Position numbers and translations under genes: made by a program. The notes under the pieces are model-generated. The model was not told the origin of the DNA. It was given only the letters and a program-made list of their open reading frames with translations, and searched no databases. A DNA stretch of 43,351 nt, from the NCBI GenBank assembly GCA_002707835.1, contig PANZ01000012.1, positions 55,340-98,690 on the forward strand, given 5' to 3'. Each line of letters opens with the position of its first letter. Position 1 is the first letter of the stretch. The DNA comes from Chloroflexota bacterium (lineage in GTDB: Bacteria; Chloroflexota; Dehalococcoidia; UBA2979). Positions 39,376 to 43,351 of this stretch are shown piece after piece.

Positions 39376-39774
39376 CTATCGTTTTGTAAATTGTGGAGCT
39401 TTTCGAGCACGCTTCAGTCCAGGTTTTTTACGTTCCTTAACCCGTGCATCTCGAGTAAGTAAACCTTCTGCACGTAAAAGCGCCTTATTAGTGTCATTAT
39501 AAACAACAAGTGCGCGTGAAACTCCATGACTTATAGCACCAGCCCAACCTGAAACACCACCGCCTTCAACACGTACTTGAATATTAAAGTTGTTTACATT
39601 ATCAGTTGCTACTAAAGGACGCAGAATCTCATTACGTAAAGACTCACGAGGAATAACTTCTTCCATTGGTTTACCATTTACTACAACTGTTCCCTCACCG
39701 GGATAAAGGCGAACTCGTGCAATTGCAGATTTGCGACGTCCTAATCCATAAAAGTATCTTTGCTCAGTAGTCAT
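39376..39774 (-). CDS. rpsI: 30S ribosomal protein S9
   Basis: GRRK.AIARV, GGG.SG, LTRDARVKERKKPGL..ARKAPQFTKR; ATG 39774 lies just after the rplM stop. Confidence 0.97.
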   Translation of the reverse strand: MTTEQRYFYGLGRRKSAIARVRLYPGEGTVVVNGKPMEEVIPRESLRNEILRPLVATDNVNNFNIQVRVEGGGVSGWAGAISHGVSRALVVYNDTNKALLRAEGLLTRDARVKERKKPGLKRARKAPQFTKR

Positions 39775-39775
39775 A

Positions 39776-40465
39776 TTAATCCTCAACTATCTGGGGGTGC
39801 TGCTCATAATATTCATTAATTGCAGATACTACATCACCTTTTTTCCAGCCTGTTAAAATATCTATCCCAATTCTTTTAGCTTCCGTATCTAATTCTGCAC
39901 GCTTATATCTATTTAATGAGCCTGTCAGTCTATCACCAACCACTATTTTTTCTTCATCTGTTTTTATTACTGTAGTTGAATCAACAGACTCTGTAACAAC
40001 ATTATTTTCCTGGCGAACTCTTTTTCTGGCTCTTTCACCAGTACCCTCATTAAGCTGTGCTTGATGAGGGTGATCTCCTCCAGAATAGACATTCAAATGA
40101 CGGAAAAGCTCTCTACCTCGTGCGTTATGAGGAAGCATACCCTTAATGGCTTGTTCGACAACTTTTGTAGAATCTCTTTCCATTTGCTCTGAAAATGATC
40201 TCGCACGTAATCCGCCTGGATACCCTGAATGCCGATAGTAAGTTTTGTCTCTTGTTTTTGTACCAGTAACTACAATTTCATCAGTATTGATTATTACGAC
40301 AAAATCTCCCATTGGTAAGAAAGGTTCATAATTTGGTTTATGTTTACCTAACAATAATTTTGCAGCTTCACTTGCAATTCTACCAAGAGGTATACCTTTT
40401 GCATCAATAAGGCGCCAACTCCTATCCATGGATTTGCCGCTAAGCCTAAAAGTTTTAGAAGTCAT
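39776..40465 (-). CDS. rplM: 50S ribosomal protein L13 with C-terminal extension
   Basis: W.LIDA....LGR.AS, GKHKP, GDFVVIIN, YYRHSGYPGG, GMLP, HPH.AQ; about 90 extra residues follow. Confidence 0.95.
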   Translation of the reverse strand: MTSKTFRLSGKSMDRSWRLIDAKGIPLGRIASEAAKLLLGKHKPNYEPFLPMGDFVVIINTDEIVVTGTKTRDKTYYRHSGYPGGLRARSFSEQMERDSTKVVEQAIKGMLPHNARGRELFRHLNVYSGGDHPHQAQLNEGTGERARKRVRQENNVVTESVDSTTVIKTDEEKIVVGDRLTGSLNRYKRAELDTEAKRIGIDILTGWKKGDVVSAINEYYEQHPQIVED

Positions 40466-41268
40466 AATACATCCCTGTTTTTATTATTATCCCAATCAAT
40501 TATTGATGATTCATACTTAACGTCTAATAAGGTTAATCCATGGGCTGGTGCAGTCGGACCTGCACTTCCGGGACCTTGATCTAAAAAACCAACATATTGT
40601 TGAGGCGTAATTGCGCCACAACCTACTTTTTCTAAAGCTCCCACCATTCTTCTCACCTGATGAGGAAGAAAACCACTAGCTTCAACGGTAACGGACACTT
40701 GATTAGGGGCAACTCTTTTCACATCATAACCATACAATTTTCGAATTGTAGAATACCCTTCAGGCACAGGCCCCCCAAAAGCCGACCAGTCATATTCACA
40801 AAGTGGTAGTGCGCTAGCAGCTTTGGTCATAGAAGATACATCAAGAGTTTGTTGCCGAAACCACATATAACCTCTGTTGATAGGTGACCGTACTCCTCCA
40901 TCCTTAATTTTATATCGATAAATTCGAGACCTTGCATGGCGCCTAATATCCATCTTCAATGGAATATCAATCATAGAAAGAACAGCTATATCTTCAGGTA
41001 AAAAATGATTCAATGCTGAAATCGAGCTTTGCATATCGTATTTTTTCTCTGTCTCAAAGGTTGCAACCTGACCCAATGCATGAACACCTGAATCGGTACG
41101 GCCAGCAAAGTTTGCTCTAGAACGTTCATTAGTAAAATTCCACCATGCTTGTTCTAGTTCGCCTTGAATTGTCCTCAGCCCTTTTTGTAATTGAGATCCT
41201 GAAAATAACGTTCCATCGTACTCCAACTGCAAGGCTACGCGTCGTAATGCCACATTCGCTCCCCTCAA
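40462..41268 (-). CDS. truA: tRNA pseudouridine(38-40) synthase
   Basis: EYDGT.F.G.Q.Q, AGRTDSGVHA.GQ, FL.HQVR.MVG, TAPA.GL; start may be GTG 41253. Confidence 0.95.
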   Translation of the reverse strand: MRGANVALRRVALQLEYDGTLFSGSQLQKGLRTIQGELEQAWWNFTNERSRANFAGRTDSGVHALGQVATFETEKKYDMQSSISALNHFLPEDIAVLSMIDIPLKMDIRRHARSRIYRYKIKDGGVRSPINRGYMWFRQQTLDVSSMTKAASALPLCEYDWSAFGGPVPEGYSTIRKLYGYDVKRVAPNQVSVTVEASGFLPHQVRRMVGALEKVGCGAITPQQYVGFLDQGPGSAGPTAPAHGLTLLDVKYESSIIDWDNNKNRDVL

Positions 41269-41615
41269 ACCAATTCAATTCTTGCAATACGAGAACCATC
41301 ACCTTTACGACGACCAAGCTTTATTACTCGTGTATATCCACCAGGTCGTTCTGAATATCGTTCAGCAAGTTCGCTAAATACTGTAGCTACAACATCTGGA
41401 TCATAAACAAACGCAAGTGCACGACGACGATCGTGTAAAGAACCACGCTTGCCTAATGTAATCATTTTCTCGACAAAAGATCTTAATTCTTTAGCACGTG
41501 CTTCCGTAGTCTGCACATAACCATCTCGTAAAACGTCCGTAGTTAAGTTTCTGAACATCGCACGCCTTTGAGATGTAGGCATATCAAAACGTCTTCCACC
41601 TCGTCTATGCCTCAT
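41265..41615 (-). CDS. rplQ: 50S ribosomal protein L17
   Basis: MRH, TT..RAKE, R.GGYTR, R.GD, IELV. Confidence 0.97.
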   Translation of the reverse strand: MRHRRGGRRFDMPTSQRRAMFRNLTTDVLRDGYVQTTEARAKELRSFVEKMITLGKRGSLHDRRRALAFVYDPDVVATVFSELAERYSERPGGYTRVIKLGRRKGDGSRIARIELV

Positions 41616-41648
41616 GTCTACCTCCTCAACAACCTAAAATACAATCGC

Positions 41649-42749
41649 TTAGTTATCTGATTCGCGACCAGCTTGCTTCAAGGCCTCAACTAATGCTGCA
41701 CCTAAGGCACCCACTTCATCAGTGTTAGTGTTTGCAACATTCTCTGATGCAGAAGTAGAAGAATTATCAATACCAATTGGGGTCGCCGGATCTTCCCAAC
41801 TATCATTTCGATCTCTATATGAATCGATACGTGGAGGTGGGAAACCAGAATTAATTAGCTTATCACGTAGCTCGAAATATGATTTCTCACCAAAATTTCT
41901 AAGAGCTAATAATTCTTCCTCAGACTTTTCTAAAACCATTGCAACAGTCATTAAGCCAGATCTTCTTAGACAATTATAAGCCCGAACTGATAGCTGTAGC
42001 TGCTCAATAGGCATTTCAGTCCTATCTGGTTCTACAGGTTCTTCTATTTCAATAACTTCTTCTTCAACAGGAGTAATTAGCAATTGGAATGTGGAAAATT
42101 GTTCTCGCAGTATATCTGAGGCATGTGTAACAGCTTGCTGGCCATCCATAGTGCCATCAGTCCAAATTTCTAAGTCTAAACGATCGTAATTTGTATCTTG
42201 ACCAACTCTAGTATTAGAAACACGGAAGTTGACTCTTCGGATAGGTGTAAAAATCGCATCAACAGGAATCATTCCAATAGGTAAGCCTTCAGAAACTGTC
42301 GCAGGAACATATCCACGACCAGTTTCAACATTTAAATCAGCAACTAAAGATGTATCTGCACCTTCTAAATTAGCTAGAACAAAATCAGGATTTACTATCT
42401 CATAATCAGCAGTTACCTCAATTTGACCAGCAGTAATGGGGCCTTCACCAGAAACTTCCAAAAAAAGTCTGGCAGGTCTATCAGAGAATGCGCGGAGACG
42501 CACTTCTTTTAGATTAAGAAGAAATTCTGTCATATCTTCTTTCATTCCATCTTTAGTGGAAAATTCATGATCAATTCCATCAATACGGACTGAAGTTATA
42601 GCCGCTCCTGGCAATGAAGCCAATAAAACACGTCGAAGGGCATTACCTACAGTATTACCAAACCCTTTTTCTAACGGTTCAGCAACTATGTGTACGTAGT
42701 CCAATCCTTCAGATTCAACTCGTATTTCAGGTTTTAGTAAATCAAACAA
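41649..42749 (-). CDS. rpoA: RNA polymerase alpha subunit with C-terminal tail
   Basis: EPLE.GFG.T.GNALRR.LL, HEFST, GRGYV, DAIF.P, alphaCTD LSVRAYNCL...RNFGEKS. Confidence 0.97.
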   Translation of the reverse strand: MFDLLKPEIRVESEGLDYVHIVAEPLEKGFGNTVGNALRRVLLASLPGAAITSVRIDGIDHEFSTKDGMKEDMTEFLLNLKEVRLRAFSDRPARLFLEVSGEGPITAGQIEVTADYEIVNPDFVLANLEGADTSLVADLNVETGRGYVPATVSEGLPIGMIPVDAIFTPIRRVNFRVSNTRVGQDTNYDRLDLEIWTDGTMDGQQAVTHASDILREQFSTFQLLITPVEEEVIEIEEPVEPDRTEMPIEQLQLSVRAYNCLRRSGLMTVAMVLEKSEEELLALRNFGEKSYFELRDKLINSGFPPPRIDSYRDRNDSWEDPATPIGIDNSSTSASENVANTNTDEVGALGAALVEALKQAGRESDN

Positions 42750-42805
42750 GAGTCACCTCTTTCCCACAGTCCTCCTATGAGAACTCCAGCATTACAAATC
42801 TTAAA

Positions 42806-43351
42806 TTAGCGAGAATAATACTCAACTACAGCACTCGGTACAAAATGAGAATCCCAATCACCCATTCCAGGTTGTGAAATCATACGACCTTTCAATGATT
42901 CACGATCCAGATCTATCCAGCCTGGAATATCACGTGCACCAATCTGCTCTTTTAAAATAGAATGGTATTCAGATCGCTCACCACGTTCTGTAAATCCTAT
43001 TTCTTGACCAATTCTTACACGTGCACTAGGAACATCTAACTTCGCACCATTTACTGAGATATGACCATGTGTCACCAACTGACGTGCCTGTGGTCTAGTC
43101 TCTGCAAATCCCATTCGAAAAACAATATTATCCAAACGCTCTTCGAGCATTTGCATCAGATTATCACCTGTTACACCTGATCTTCTAGAGGCATGCTCGT
43201 ACAAACGTCGAAATTGTTTCTCCATCAATCCATATGCAAAACGAACCTTTTGCTTTTCAATTAACTGTTGCCCACGATCAGAAATTTTTCTTCTTCGTAT
43301 AGGTCTTGGCCCAGGTGGATAAGCTCGCCGCATTGATTTTGGATTACCCCA
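42806..43351 (-). CDS. rpsD: 30S ribosomal protein S4 (5' end truncated by window edge)
   Basis: QL.EKQK.R..YG..EKQF, LE.RLDNIVFR.GF, ARQLV.HGH, VVEYYSR; frame open to the window edge (WGNPKSMRR...). Confidence 0.96.
   Translation of the reverse strand, partial: WGNPKSMRRAYPPGPRPIRRRKISDRGQQLIEKQKVRFAYGLMEKQFRRLYEHASRRSGVTGDNLMQMLEERLDNIVFRMGFAETRPQARQLVTHGHISVNGAKLDVPSARVRIGQEIGFTERGERSEYHSILKEQIGARDIPGWIDLDRESLKGRMISQPGMGDWDSHFVPSAVVEYYSR

Noticed and set aside
1090-42877. Numerous 60-170 aa ORFs antisense to or nested in identified genes
   Set aside because: Shadow ORFs fully overlapping well-supported genes, with no motifs of their own.

Overview
AT-rich, densely packed core-genome segment of a bacterium. 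Its gene content and protein style (MetK N-terminus, F420 genes, LLM, CoA-binding protein, GAAC-N4-GTTC-type LexA box) suggest Chloroflexota (Dehalococcoidia/SAR202-like); this taxonomy is inference. Contents: a branched-chain amino acid cluster (ilvB-ilvN-leuA; leuB, cimA-leuC-leuD) with a Leu/Val-rich leader peptide; a c-di-AMP (ydaO/yuaA) riboswitch ahead of a 70-aa Zn-ribbon gene; cobT-cobU; HtrA and a catalytically degenerate trypsin-like lipoprotein; F420 genes (fno/npdG, cofE, LLM); holA and lexA; an MshC-like CysRS paralog; a tandem Zn-finger ORF that lacks a canonical start; tRNA-His; tRNA-Sec; trxA; plsX; ahcY-metK-PMM/PGM; and the end of the alpha operon (rpsD-rpoA-rplQ-truA-rplM-rpsI). 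The most notable hidden feature is a ferredoxin:thioredoxin reductase catalytic subunit that the ORF track truncates at an in-frame UGA. That UGA falls at the last Cys of the CHC motif and is followed by a SECIS-like hairpin. The gene lies divergently next to tRNA-Sec and convergently overlaps thioredoxin, so it is a selenoprotein FTR in a compact selC-FTR(Sec)-Trx locus. No mobile elements or CRISPR arrays were seen.
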